64,000 nucleotides of DNA, from contig NC_045704.1 of the NCBI RefSeq assembly GCF_009834535.1, forward strand, positions 76,136,001-76,200,000. Reading direction: 5' to 3'. Each line of letters opens with the position of its first letter. Positions within the stretch are counted from its first letter, which is position 1. Positions 45,671-57,669 of the stretch are shown in pieces. Below the pieces are notes generated by a model. The model was not told where the DNA came from, made no database searches, and saw only the letters and a program-made list of their open reading frames with translations. Source of the stretch: Camelus ferus. Its lineage: Eukaryota. A program made the translations under genes and the position numbers.

Positions 45671-46189
45671 AGTCTGTGTTCTTAATTACACTTTCCAGTG
45701 ATTTCTGGTGTGATCTACGGGGTACTGTTGATTAGGCATTTTTATATGGTAGAAATATTGACCCAAATGCCCTTATTGGTTATGAGAGATTGTTTAAATT
45801 ACTATTATATTTTAAGCCAAATGAGTTGACTATTTTGATTCTGAGCCAAAAAAGGCATCATTTCCCACAACAAAACCCTCTTTAGTGCTTCCACCATCCA
45901 ACTGACCACTTGACTGGTAATTGATAATAAGGAAGATTTTAGCTATGCTAAGAGGAAGTAAGTGTGACATTCACTATTTTAGACACCAGACTAGCTCAGA
46001 ATCGCAGTCTTCTTGATACTCATGCTTTTGTTCTTTCAACTTTTTCCCCTGCTCTTTAAGTTCTTGTGCCCAGCCTTCTTTCTTTTCACCTCTTCCTCCT
46101 TTCAGAGAGAGGGAGATAGAAAGTGGGTGGCTAGTCAGGACATTTGACCATTAATCAGTTGCTCCTAGCTCTTATCTGCCTAGAAAATA

Positions 46190-46625
46190 ATAATGGTAGT
46201 GACCACTATAGTTAATATGTGTTGCAGATTTATACTGTGCTAGAAACTCTTCTCAGCACTTTTTTTTAAAGATAGATAGACAGACACACAGACAGATAGA
46301 CAGACACACTAGCCACCTCCTCCTCCTCCTTTACATAGAGAGATAGACAAACAGACACAGTAGCCTCCCCCGTTAGGTAGGTAGGTAGATAGATAGGTAG
46401 AGACAGACACAGACACAGACAGATAGACACACTAGCTGCCTCCTCCCTCATTCTTCTCAGCACTTTTATTAACTCATTTAATCATTACAACATCCTTACA
46501 ACATTACTATTACTATCTTCAATTAGTAAATGGGGAAGCTGAGGCACTGTAATGATAAGAAAATTGTCTAAGGTCACATAGCTAGTAAAAGGGGCGAGGA
46601 CCAGAGTTCCAACCAGGAAACCCTG
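46190..46625 (-). mobile_element. MIR SINE split by the insertion at 46264-46451
   Basis: Removing the insert and one TSD copy restores ...tactgtgctagaaactcttctcagcacttttattaactcatttaatc...ggggaagctgaggcac...gtctaaggtcacatagctagt. Confidence 0.8.
46264..46451 (-). mobile_element. Unclassified retroposed insertion: three GGAGG-(G)CTAGT-GTGTCT-(RTCT)n units plus poly(A)
   Basis: Perfect 16-bp direct repeat tcttctcagcactttt at 46248-46263 and 46452-46467; T-run at the left edge (A-tail on the minus strand); interrupts a MIR. Confidence 0.8.
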
Positions 46626-49600
46626 CCCTGGAGCACAAGATCCTGCCCGCTCTGCTGTTTCACCTTTCTCCTGCCCAGACTCCCTTTAGGATTTACATTT
46701 GCCCTAAATTCTGGATTTTTTTCCCCTGAATTTCTGACATGCTTTACGCTGATTTTCAATTTGTATGATAAAGGGGATTTCTACCCTCATTGCTGATGTA
46801 TCACCTGGAGTGAATTTTATTGGGTAATTTCCTGACATTCTTGGTCCCAACTTCCCATCTTCTCTTGCTGCTCCCCAGCCATGAACCCAGGCACACGCAA
46901 GTGTGTACTTTTCATATTCTCTCCCCACTCTTCATTCACAGCTCTGTTCACTTGGAACTGCTTGAGAAATACCTCTTCTTAAGTTATTACAGCCTTTGTC
47001 CACTTATTCACTGGTTTCACAGCAGAGCCCCATTCAGAATAACAGTGAGGTAGGAGAATCAAGGAGATGCCACTCTGCCAGGGGGAGATTAAAGTGCCCT
47101 GAGCCTGAAACATGTGGCTCCAGCGTTCCTCCCTCGCCTGCTAACCAGGTGCTAATCAGACTGCTTGCCACATACCTGCTTTCCCTAATTGTGGACACCT
47201 ACTTCCTTAAAACAAGATTGTTAAATTTAACAACACACTGTGGAAGGTTTGGGGAGCACTGAAGTGCCACATCAAGAATGAGTCGCTAGTTTTAGGGCCT
47301 CATCTTTTGAGCAGCTCCCAACTCCCAGAAGGTGTCACACAGTTGTGATGTGGTGGCTAGGGCAGGGAGGAACGTCTCCCCTCACCACTGGCTGGAATCT
47401 CCAGCCACCACCACGCCTCACAGCCCAGGTTCCCCACTTCCTGGCCAGGGAGAGAAGAAAGACCTTTCTCCCTCTAAAGCCCACCTCACTTCCTGTGCAA
47501 GACGATTGTCTCAGAATATTTTTTTCCTTCAAGGGAAATTCCCACTCCGACCCAGAGAATGAGGCCAGACCTTCTGGCCCATGTGAAAACAGCTGTGCTG
47601 TTTAACAGTGCATTTCTTCAAGTCTGGCTAATCCTGCACAACATCCTTTTTTGAGGCACCAGAATCCGGTCCATGTTGTGTGTACCCAACTCAGTCTGGT
47701 TCTTCTTCGTAGTGCTTTCTCCAAAAAGACATCAGGCTACCACATTTCTCCTTGTGTTGGACACTCCCCTCATTTTCCTTTGAGCAGATGCTTGGGCGAA
47801 AATATGTACGTATCTCCCAGGGGCAAATGAGTTTTTCGGGCCTAGGGCAGCATAAATTGCAAGTTAATGGCGAGTCTTCTCAGAGACTTGGCTCTGCAGA
47901 CTGACACACCAAATTTACATCACCAACCAGAAAGCTTATTATCTCAAGCTGAAGCATCTGCATTTGAGTTATTTCACAGGCTTTTTTGAGAAGAGTGGGT
48001 TGGTATTTGCATTTCATTGCTTGAATGAAAATCTCACCTAAGGGTGCTTTCCAGAACCGTGGAGGATTTTGCTATACAGATATAACCCATTGCAGATGTT
48101 TCTGGCAGAGCCCTCAAGTGACAGCTTTGCAGCTTCAATAAATATTAAGATGCATTCTCTACTAAATATCCCCATTTAATGTAAGTGCTTATTTTAAAAA
48201 AATGAAAAATGGAATTACTTTGAATGCTTACAGTGTGAAAACTGAAGCTCAGAGAAGTTAAAAACATCCCTGAATTCACACAGCTTCATTGGTGCCCAGT
48301 AAACACGGTGCTTCCCCAGGTGAAATAATGCCAGGCTCGCAGAGAGCACCCGTGTCCGCAACAGACGCTCGCCCACTGCCAGTCTCAGCATATCGCCTGT
48401 GACCCTTAAGGATGTGTCTGATGAGGTGAAAACCTTCGTGCACAGCTGCAGGAGAAGATAAATCCAGAGATGTAGCCGACTGATTGCTTTAGGAAAAAGC
48501 CCTTCCAGTGTGTCAGAAACGATCAGAATGAAGAAATGAGGGTCCAGCACTCCAAGTCACATCACCAACAAATGCAGAAACCAGGGTGGATGCACGGCAA
48601 TCCTGGTTAAAAGTGGAGATTGGAATCTGAGCTCCATGAGGCTGCTGGGGAACAGCCTTGGAATAAAGAGTCGCAGCCCCGGGAACTGGGAATTAGGTTG
48701 GTAAATGAAGGCACCGTGGCGGGAGAGCGGAGCTGGGTGGCCTGCCAATGTCAGAACCATGAGTAGAATGTCGGGGAAGGAGAAAAGCCAAAGGTACAGG
48801 CTCACGGATCAAGACAGACTAGACACAGAGCGGTGAGCCTGGCGCAGCCGAGTGTATCTTGACAGTCTTCAATCCCTGGAGCCACCCGCAGAAGCACCTG
48901 TTCCTCCCGGCGCTGTCTGGCGGGTTGTGGGCCCAGCCTGCTTGCTTCCCGGCAGGGTCCTGACACCAATCAACGGTGACCGCACGGTCCTGCACAGACA
49001 CCTTCATCGAACAGAGGTCACTCTGTCGGGCAGATTCACTGTCAGCCTCCTATCTTACTCTTTGTCATAAAGCTCTTGTGTTTACCAGTGCATTCAGTAT
49101 CACCGTGCAATAGAAAATCCTCGTTTTCATGCTTGAAATATATTATCTAATGGCATATCTATTTGACTTTTACTACATGCCTTTCATTCCTCTAAGTGAG
49201 GTAATTGACCTTTACTTTGCTACCCGGTGGATTAAAAGGCTACACCACACTCTGCATTTGATATTTCCAGTCCTGCGGGAGAGGCAATTCTGATCTGCTT
49301 TTGCTGCAGCCCTGCTCTTCGAGCCGGCCCTCAAATGACGGGAAGCCTCAAGGCCCAGGACTGCTTTGTGGCAGTTATTGTCACCATCATGAGGCTTTTT
49401 TTTTTTTTTTTTTTAGCAAAAGCACAGGTCACTTCATTTCTATGGCCATCTCCATGGAATCTGAGGAGTGTGGGCCTGTAAGGCTTCCAGAACCTTCCAC
49501 CTTGGTTTCGGATGACATATCCTCACTCCCTGCCTCCAGTAGTGTTTTTTAGAGATCAACAGCATTTTTCAGATTTGGTTCAAGCACCTGAAAGTGTAAA

Positions 49601-49854
49601 ATCGTGTCCAAACTACACAATTTGTAAGAGAGGGGGAAAAAAAAAAAACTAGTGTTACTGGCAAAAGCTTTAAGGACTCCTGTCAGCCAGGTGTACTCTT
49701 TTGTGTGATAGTTTAGCACTAGTGTTGTGGAGGATTCTGCAAGTCAGGAATTCAGAGCCCTTGGCTTTTTCTGATGCCCTGTTAGCTTTCCCTCCCACAA
49801 CCAAAATGATGACAAGAATAATAAAGATGGTGATAGTGGTGGGGATGATGACAA

Positions 49855-50060
49855 GGCTAATAAACACTGACTGTGTGCCTGGCACTGGTTTTAAATGCTT
49901 TGAAGTTAATAACTGTGATTCTTCGTAGCAACCTTGTGAGTTATGTACTATTATTATCCAGTTTTACAGATGAGGAAACTGAGGCATGTAAAAGTTATAT
50001 AACCTGCCCAAGGTCACCAAGCAAGTAGTAGGGCCAGAACCCAAACTGAGTCATTTTGGA
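49855..50060 (-). mobile_element. MIR SINE
   Basis: ttattatccagttttacagatgaggaaactgaggcatgtaaaagttatataacctgcccaaggtcac. Confidence 0.88.
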
Positions 50061-50464
50061 CTTGAGGGACAGAAGACATGGATACAAGCTTGCATCCTCG
50101 TGCCTCTGGATTAACCATGTTTATCATGAGGGCATTTCCCTAACTACCATAGAGAGTTCTCAGGCTTGATCACTTAGCTTCTGGAGGTGCAGGGTTCTCC
50201 TGAACACCCCAGGAGGAATTCAAAAGCCCCAGGGGAAGGCAGTCAATCAATGAAACCCTGTTACATAAAAAACAAAACTCGACTTCTTCCACATGCCAGT
50301 TAACAGGCTAACCGATGTAGGGAATGCGTACTGGGAGCTCCTTACTCCTGGGAAGGCAGGTGATTGATTGCTGAGGACTTCAACCTGACAGTCTAACAGT
50401 GTCCCTTCCTGTGGTCCATCTTGCAGTCTAGAAATTCTTTGGTTTCTTCCCTCTGTCTTTCTAA

Positions 50465-50800
50465 TTCTGGGTCCCCTTGAGACAAGGGTTTGAATGCAAA
50501 TAGTATATTTGGGAAGTAATTCCAGAAAGCACTGTGAGGGAATAAGGAGTAAACAGAGCAGGAAGAAAAGTCAATAAAGTTGCTGTTCTCAGAACTGTCT
50601 CCTTGAGAGGCAAGAAACTGGAGTATTTATCCTCAAACGTCCATCACTCACTGGCTGAGGGTTGCTCCAGGGAGCTTGTTCAACTTCTTGGCCAAGCACC
50701 AGGCACGCAGAGGCCAGACAGGAAGCTGTCTGTGGGGGGTGCTGTCTGCAGGAGCAATGGGGCTTTTGCTGCACAAAAATGAGGCTTTTCTTACACAAAG
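50465..50800. mobile_element. MaLR LTR (MLT1-type)
   Basis: tgagacaagggtttgaatgcaaatagtatatttgggaagtaattccagaaagcac...aactggagtatttatcc...cactggctgagggttgctcc. Confidence 0.7.
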
Positions 50801-51183
50801 CCCGACCTCCTTCTCTCCCTGCCTATCAAATGACTTTGATAACCTGTTAAAACCAGAGCCAAAGTCTTTGGCAACTAAAATCAGGGTAGAAAGAGCTCAG
50901 TTATTAAACACTGGAAGAAAAAAATGTTAGATTACTTTGTTTNNNNNNNNNNNNNNNNNNNNNNNNNNNNNNNNNNNNNNNNNNNNNNNNNNNNNNNNNN
51001 NNNNNNNNNNNNNNNNNNNNNNNNNNNNNNNNNNNNNNNNNNNNNNNNNNNNNNNNNNNNNNNNNNNNNNNNNNNNNNNNNNNNNNNNNNNNNNNNNNNN
51101 NNNNNNNNNNNNNNNNNNNNNNNNNNNNNNNNNNNNNNNNNNNNNNNNNNNNNNNNNNNNNNNNNNNNNNNNNNNNNNNNNNN

Positions 51184-51834
51184 TTACCATATGACCCAGG
51201 AATCCCACTCCTGGGCTTATATCCAGAAGGAACCCTACTTCAGGATNNNNNNNNNNNNNNNNNNNNNNNNNNNNNNNNNNNNNNNNNNNNNNNNNNNNNN
51301 NNNNNNNNNNNNNNNNNNNNNNNNNNNNNNNNNNNNNNNNNNNNNNNNNNNNNNNNNNNNNNNNNNNNNNNNNNNNNNNNNNNNNNNNNNNNNNNNNNNN
51401 CATTTGCAGCAACATGGATGCTCCTGGAGAATGTCATTCTAAGTGAAGTAAGCCAGAAAGAGAAAGAAAAATACCATATGAGATCGCTCATATGTGGAAT
51501 CTGGAAAAAAAAAAAAAAAGAACATAGATACAAAACAGAAACAGACTCACAGACATAGAATACAAACTTGTGGTTGCCAAGGGGGTGGGAGTTGGGAAAG
51601 GACAGACTGGGATTTCAAAATTTGTAGATACTGACAGGCATATGCAGAATAGATAAACAAGATTATACTGTGTAGCACAGGGAAATATAAACAAGATCTT
51701 GTGGTAGCTCATAGCAAAAAAATGACAATGAATATGTGTATATTCATGTATAACTGAAAAAATGTGCCCTACACTGGAATTTGACATAACATTGTAAAAT
51801 GACTATAACTCAATAAAAAAAATGTTTTAAAAAA
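51184..51834 (+). mobile_element. Young lineage-specific L1 3' end; its 5' part is lost in N-runs
   Basis: ttaccatatgacccaggaatcccactcctggg (ORF2 end), catttgcagcaacatggatg...ctaagtgaagtaagccagaaagag, 3'UTR, AATAAA at 51812-51817 and an A-rich tail. Confidence 0.93.
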
Positions 51835-52889
51835 TCGTGCACTTTTAATGGGTGGGTTTTTTTCTTTTATCTCTTTTTCGCTCTCTTTCTTTCTTTTTTT
51901 GTTCTTTAAACTTCAACTTTTCTAAGGCTTGTTAACAAAAGTAGGCCACGAAATAAGGGGAAAAAAACAAAGGCTCTGCTAGGTGCATTCTTCTCTATTG
52001 GATATTATTTTATTTCTCAGAAAAAAAGAGAATTAGAAGAAAGCTATTTCCCCCAATTTTCCATACCACCCATGGGAATCTAATTCAATTTCCTTTCAAA
52101 TTTTGTAGTCAAAGATAAAAGTATGGAGTAAGGTTGCTCTAGTGTATTCTTTTGCACAGATTTGACTTTTATTTCTAGTTATAAAGCTATTTATTCAGGC
52201 AGATTCATTTTTAATCAGACTGTAATATAACCATTTAAAGAAATCAGAGCTTTTTAGGTGGTGAGTGTACATGTATAAGAGATGTCAAAAACTTACCTGA
52301 CAATCTTACCTGATGAAGGAATCCCACGGTGTCCGACGGCTCTCAGCTCTGCAGCAGAGCCTCACTGAACTCTGTGGCTTTGCAGAGCACAGGAGAACTT
52401 TAGGCTTACCCCTGCCCTATTTATCTTTTGTCCCAGTTTCCCCAAGAAAAAGAGAATTATATTTTTTAATCCAAGGAAGTATATAAGAAATTATCATGGT
52501 ATAGTTCACATCAAATTGGAAGTAAAAAAGACAGATGTAAGAAACATTTCACTTATGTGGTTCTATAAAGAAAATAAAAAGAAGTCTAACTTAGCAATTG
52601 GTTACCATAAACCAAAGAATGGACAAGTATGTGTGAACATAACTTATGTACATCCACAATCTTTATAATTGCTTCTTGTATCAGGAATGTATTGTTTCCA
52701 AAAACAGGAAAGCTGACTGTCTTAAACGGGGTGGGGCTTGTTTCCCATGCATGGGAGGACATGGGGAGGTCGGTGGCTGGGGGCTCACATGGTGTGTAAG
52801 GACATGGACAGACCTTGGTTTCCTTCTAGCCTCCTCCTTACCCATCATTAAATAGAATTTCAATTATTATGATCGCAAGCCTTTAAGTT

Positions 52890-53105
52890 CCTATAGCATT
52901 TCAGTCTGGACCTCAGACAAGAGACAAGAGGAAGAGGCAAAGGGAAAAGGGCCAAAGGATTGGTTCTGTTCAAGCTGTCCTTTTTCAAAAAGATTTCCTG
53001 AATACCTCACCTAGTGACTTCTGGTCACATCTCATTGGTTGAAACTACATAATGTGGCCAACCCTAGAGGAAGGACAGCCTAGGAAAATGAGTATTTTAG
53101 TTTTC
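52890..53105. mobile_element. MaLR LTR fragment (MLT1J/K-like)
   Basis: cacctagtgacttctggtcacatctcattggttgaaactacataatgtggccaaccctag...ggaaaatgagtatttt. Confidence 0.6.
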
Positions 53106-53184
53106 CCACATGTTTTAAAGAGGAAGGCAAGAGAGAAGGGAATGTGAAGGACTTTTATGTAGCCATGAAGTTGCCACACCCCTA

Positions 53185-53420
53185 TAATAATAGCTAACAT
53201 TTTTTGAGTACTTACTGTCTCCCAGAATCTGTGATTTACACTTTACATGGACTATTTAATTTAATCTTCATAGCAATCCTATGTCATAGTTACTAATAGT
53301 AGTCCATATCACAGGTGAGGAAACTGAGACTCAGTTCGGGATACCCAGCAGGCTCATGGTGGAGCCAGGACTTGAACTCACACCCTTTGCATCCAGAACC
53401 CAAGCTTTTAATACCACGTT
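53185..53420 (-). mobile_element. MIR SINE
   Basis: aataatagctaacattttttgagtacttactgt...atcacaggtgaggaaactgagactcag...ggagccaggacttgaactca. Confidence 0.85.
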
Positions 53421-54834
53421 GCCCTATGTGTCTTACAGAATCTGGTTCCTTGAGCTATAATCATTTGTATTTCTGGGTTTGGAGACCCCTAGACTTTCTG
53501 TTTTCTCAAAAAGAATTAGAATGGTTCACTATGCACATATTAAGCACCTAGGGTCATCTGCTAATTGCTAATTGGTCTTGGATTAGCTGAGTTTAAATTT
53601 AACAAGCTCTCTACCTTCCAGTCTTCAGACTGATTGGCTATTCAGAGAAGAGTTGCAGTCCAGACTGCAATGATTATCGTGTTATGTCTTTTATCTTTCA
53701 GCACCTCTTATCTAGCCAGATTTCTCATGGGTGTAGTAAACAGGTCACAGAGCACCATCATATACCCGTTCCAATCTCGGACAATGCATTATCTCAAATT
53801 TATAAGCTCCTATTTTTATTTTATTGTCATGGTTCTTTAGTCTCGCCGGCAAGATTTGTAAATAGAAAAGAGCTATTTTTAATATTATCTACAAAACCCA
53901 GCAGTTTAGTGAATCATGTAATCTGATGCTTCACTATGGGTAAGTTTAGGGTCTCAAGTAAGCTTTATGTGGAACTGTTAGAGGGCTTTAAAATTGCCAT
54001 AAGGATGTCTAAGTCATTTATTGCAAAGTGTACAAGAAGGCTTTTGGTCCTTTACCTTCAATTGTTGGAGCAAACCATTGCTTTNNNNNNNNNNNNNNNN
54101 NNNNNNNNNNNNNNNNNNNNNNNNNNNNNNNNNNNNNNNNNNNNNNNNNNNNNNNNNNNNNNNNNNNNNNNNNNNNNNNNNNNNNNNNNNNNNNNNNNNN
54201 NNNNNNNNNNNNNNNNNNNNNNNNNAGATCCCAGTGTCCATGAAGATCTGATCGATATCTCAGTTTTTACTTTATACAGTTCTCTGCTTTAAAAAATAAC
54301 TATACCAATCAGTTTTCAAAAATAATTAATTATTCCAAGAACAAAGCTTAGGAGAGGAGCTCCCCCATCAACCAGGGTCCAGGTTAGGAACTCAATATAT
54401 TGTGAAAGAACAAGCTCAGGAAAGGAGCCCTATGGAAACTGCCCTCTGGATTTGCAGGATGGCTTCCTAGACCCCGACCCCCTTCTTTCACGTATGCTTC
54501 TCCTGTAGTACAGGAGTCCAAACACAAGTTGGATGTCCAACCTCTTTGTTGGTCTGTTGGTGTGTCGCTGCTTTTAAAAAATTGTAAGCAGGTATCTATT
54601 TCACATTGAACTTCGACCATTGCATAGCTTATAAAAATACATCTTCCAAAAACATTTTTGCTTACCGGTGGTGGCGATCATCAGGCTCCAGGCTTTACTA
54701 ATGCAGGAGGAAGTGGTAGAATGCTGGGAAGACTGGAGCCCTCGCTTTCCTAGTGATTTAAGATCAGACAAGCCCTACTGGGTATTTTGAAGGTCTAGCC
54801 TCTTGCTGTAGGATTATGGTTAATAATACAAGTG

Positions 54835-55515
54835 ATAATAGTAGTGGCTTATGTTTATTAAGTGCTTATGACATATGAGGTGCTGTGTTGAGGTATAACT
54901 TCAAATGTGTGTAAGAAAGACCCCCTCAACAGCACCAACAGAGTAGAAGTTTACTTCTTTCTCCTCGCAGTTGGGAGGTAGGTGCTCCAGGGCTGGGATG
55001 GTGGCTCCACTCCACACGCCTGCCTTGACCCACCTTCCCCTGACCGCAGTGGATGTTGTCCAAGGGCCCGCGTTCCACTGTCCAGGGTTGCTGCCAAAGT
55101 CCGTGTGGTCCAGGATGGCTCAATACCACGTGCATGTTCCAGGAACCAAATGAGAAATGGGGGCCGGAGTGCAGGCCTAACAGGGGTATCACAGACACCA
55201 CTCCTGCTAATATCCCAGTGGCCAGGAAGTAGCCACATGGCCACACTTAGCCAGAGGAGGTGCTGAGAAACGTTTTTAGGCCTGTGACCATGTGCAAGGC
55301 TAAGACTGTTCTCATGTGGACAAAGAAAGGATAGCTCAGTTAGCATTCTCTGCCTCACTTATTTGTCATTTAACCCTCCCAACAACCCCTCAGGTGGGCA
55401 TTTTACCATCCTCATTTTGCAGAGGAGTAAACTAAGCTTAAGGAACTTGCCTAAGATTCCTGCTAATGCCAGACTGCATGACCCCAGAGCCCAAACTCTT
55501 ATCCACTGTTTTCTG
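54835..55515 (-). mobile_element. MIR SINE split by an MLT1 LTR
   Basis: MIR tail (atgtttattaagtgcttatg...) at 54835-54915; MIR core (catttaaccctcccaacaacccc...attttgcagaggagtaaactaagc) at 55345-55515. Confidence 0.65.
54925..55330. mobile_element. MaLR LTR (MLT1J/K/L-like)
   Basis: gaagtttacttctttctc...gtaggtgctccagggctgggatggtggctcc...atcccagtggccaggaagtagccacatggccacacttagc. Confidence 0.7.
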
Positions 55516-55544
55516 CTGTCTCGTTTGGATAAATACTCTATCTC

Positions 55545-56435
55545 ATTTAGTTGTTTTTTTTTTTTTTCATTTACTTAATTCACAATTTAATGAGTTTTAG
55601 TATATTCAAAAAGTTGCACAACCCATCACCACTATCAAATTCCAGAACATTTTCATCACTGTAAAAGAAAGCCCTGTCCATTAGCATTAACTCCCTATCC
55701 GCTCCTCTCCCCAGCTCCTGGTAATCCTTCATCTACTTTCTGTCTGTGTAGATTTGCCTATTCTGGGTATTTCATATGAAGAGATACATATTTTGTGGCC
55801 TTTTGTGTCTGGCTTCTTTGATTTAGCATGAAGTTTTCAAAGTTTATTCATGTTGTAACTTGTACCAGTATTTCATTATTTTTTTCCATTGTGTTGTTAC
55901 CTGCATTTTGTTTATTTAGTCATCAGTTGATAGACATTTGGATTGTTTCCACTTTTTGGCTATTATGAATAATGCTGCTGTGAACATTTGTGTACAAATT
56001 TTTGTGTGGACAGGTTTTCAGTTCTCTTGAGTAAACACCAAAGAATGGAATTGTTGGGTCATATGGTAACTTTGTTTGCCTTTTTGAGGAACTGACAGAG
56101 TGGTTTCCAAAGTGACTGCACAATTTTACAATATAGCAATATATGAGAGTTCTAATTTCTCCACATCTTTGCCAACATTTGCTGTTGTCTATCTTTTTAA
56201 ATTATAATCCTCCTAGTAGATGTAAAGGGGTATCTCATTGTGGTATTAATTTGCATTTCTCTAATGGCTAATGATTTTGAGTTTTTTTTTTTTTTTTAAT
56301 GTGCTTACTCGTGCTCACTGGCCATTTGCATGTATCTTCTTTGGAGAAATATCTATTTAGATCCTTTATCCATTTTCTAATTGGGTTATTTGTCATTTTA
56401 TTACTGAATTACAGGAGTTCCTCATATATTCTGGA
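55545..56435 (-). mobile_element. L1MB-type 3' end with the ORF2 C-terminal region
   Basis: T-tail; accactatcaaattccagaacattttcatcact; gttgatagacatttggattgtttccactttttggctattatgaataatgctgctgtgaacatt; ttggagaaatatctatttagatcc. Confidence 0.9.
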
Positions 56436-56439
56436 ATTC

Positions 56440-56479
56440 TATATATATATATATAAATTGTTATATATAAATATATATA

Positions 56480-56518
<39 letters not shown>
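56440..56518. repeat. Compound (TA)n...(TG)17 microsatellite
   Basis: (TA)n at 56440-56454 and ~56462-56480; uninterrupted TG run 56484-56517. Confidence 0.95.
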
Positions 56519-56521
<3 letters not shown>

Positions 56522-56679
56522 CATCTCCAGTTTGTGAGCACAGCTAGAACCATAGTGCTAATCAGGTTTAAGCCAGAGATTTCCAAACAACATGCAGGAA
56601 GGGAGAAGGTTTGCATAAGGTTCACCCCCATGAATTTACTTTTCTTGTTCATCAAGACTTGACACCTTGATGAGCTCTA

Positions 56680-56850
56680 CAGTCCTTTTCAACCTTTGCT
56701 GTGCACATAAATCACCTAGAGATTTGGTTAAAATCCAGATTCTTATTCAGCAAGGCTGGGGGAGGCCTGAGATTTCTAACAGACCCTCAGGTGATTGAAG
56801 CTGCTGGTCCATGGACCACGGACCACAGACCACGACCCTTGAGCAGCTAG
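56680..56850. mobile_element. MER5A-like hAT-Charlie with an internal (G/A)GACCAC triplication
   Basis: aatcacctagagatttggttaaaatccagattcttattcag...caggtgattgaagctgctggtccatggaccacggaccacagaccac. Confidence 0.7.
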
Positions 56851-56934
56851 TGTCAGAGTGTAAGTATTAGTATTGCTGTTTAGAACTACGGGTCTAATTC
56901 TCCTATGAACCAGTTTTCTTTGTTCTTCCTCAAA

Positions 56935-57150
56935 CAGTGATGTCTAGAAAGAGCCCAGCTTTTGGAATTGACCCTTGGCTACCACTTACCAGCAGTGTGT
57001 TTCTCTGAGAAAGTTACTTTACTGCTCTCAGTCACACTTTCTGTGACTCACGCATCTGTAAATCACAGGTGCTTGTACCTCCTTCTCAGTGGTGATGAGT
57101 GAGGTGAAATAACACACAAAAAGCATCTGTTGTAGTTCGAGGTCTCTAAT
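56935..57150 (+). mobile_element. MIR SINE
   Basis: agtgatgtctagaaagagcccagctttggaattgacc...gctaccacttaccagcagtgtg...aagttactttactgctctcagtc...catctgtaaat. Confidence 0.65.
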
Positions 57151-57669
57151 GGGCCTGGGTAAGAGCTGATATTTCTTCCACCTGCCTTCAGTGATAGGGG
57201 CTGCACCTCTGACTGTTTAGCACACGTACACCCTCATCAATGCAGATACAACTCAGTGTTACTGCCCTACCTCCCTACATTGTCGTGATTAAGTGGAGTG
57301 TTTAATCTTTGTGGTCTGTAGTTAGTCTATGCATGCTTCATCTTCTTTACTCAACAGATTACATGTTCTCGGAGATAAGGACGTTACATTGTCTTCTTTT
57401 TGAATCCATGAGACCTCTCATAGGGTTAACCACAGAATGTGTTAATGAAAGCTTATGGAATGAATCAGATAGCTGATTCCAATAGTAACAGTAGCAACAG
57501 TAACTATAGAATAATAATAATAATTGAAACTAACATTAAGTAATAACTTTGTATCAGACATTATGCATGGATTATCTTATTCAGTCCCCAAAACTGTTCT
57601 TTGAAACACGTTTGTTTATTATCTCTGTGGCAGCTGAGGTCTAGCCACACTTAGAGCGACAGCATGCCT

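Larger units (their letters stand above)
6543..54225. other. Eight short N-runs (not one continuous feature): 6543-6672, 8351-8610, 12351-12498, 40417-40564, 41189-41367, 50943-51183, 51247-51400, 54085-54225
   Basis: Read directly from the sequence; lengths 130, 260, 148, 148, 179, 241, 154 and 141 nt. Confidence 0.97.

Noticed and set aside
50924-54292. Long ORFs spanning N-runs (also at 6449-6718, 8181-8695, 12327-12608, 40405-40589, 41088-41475)
   Set aside because: They are artefacts of N translating as X without stops; only the frame of 8238-8870 is real.
56813-56838. Tandem GACCAC motifs as a GLI-binding cluster
   Set aside because: They lack the CCA of GACCACCCA and are explained by slippage of the native ggaccac in MER5A.
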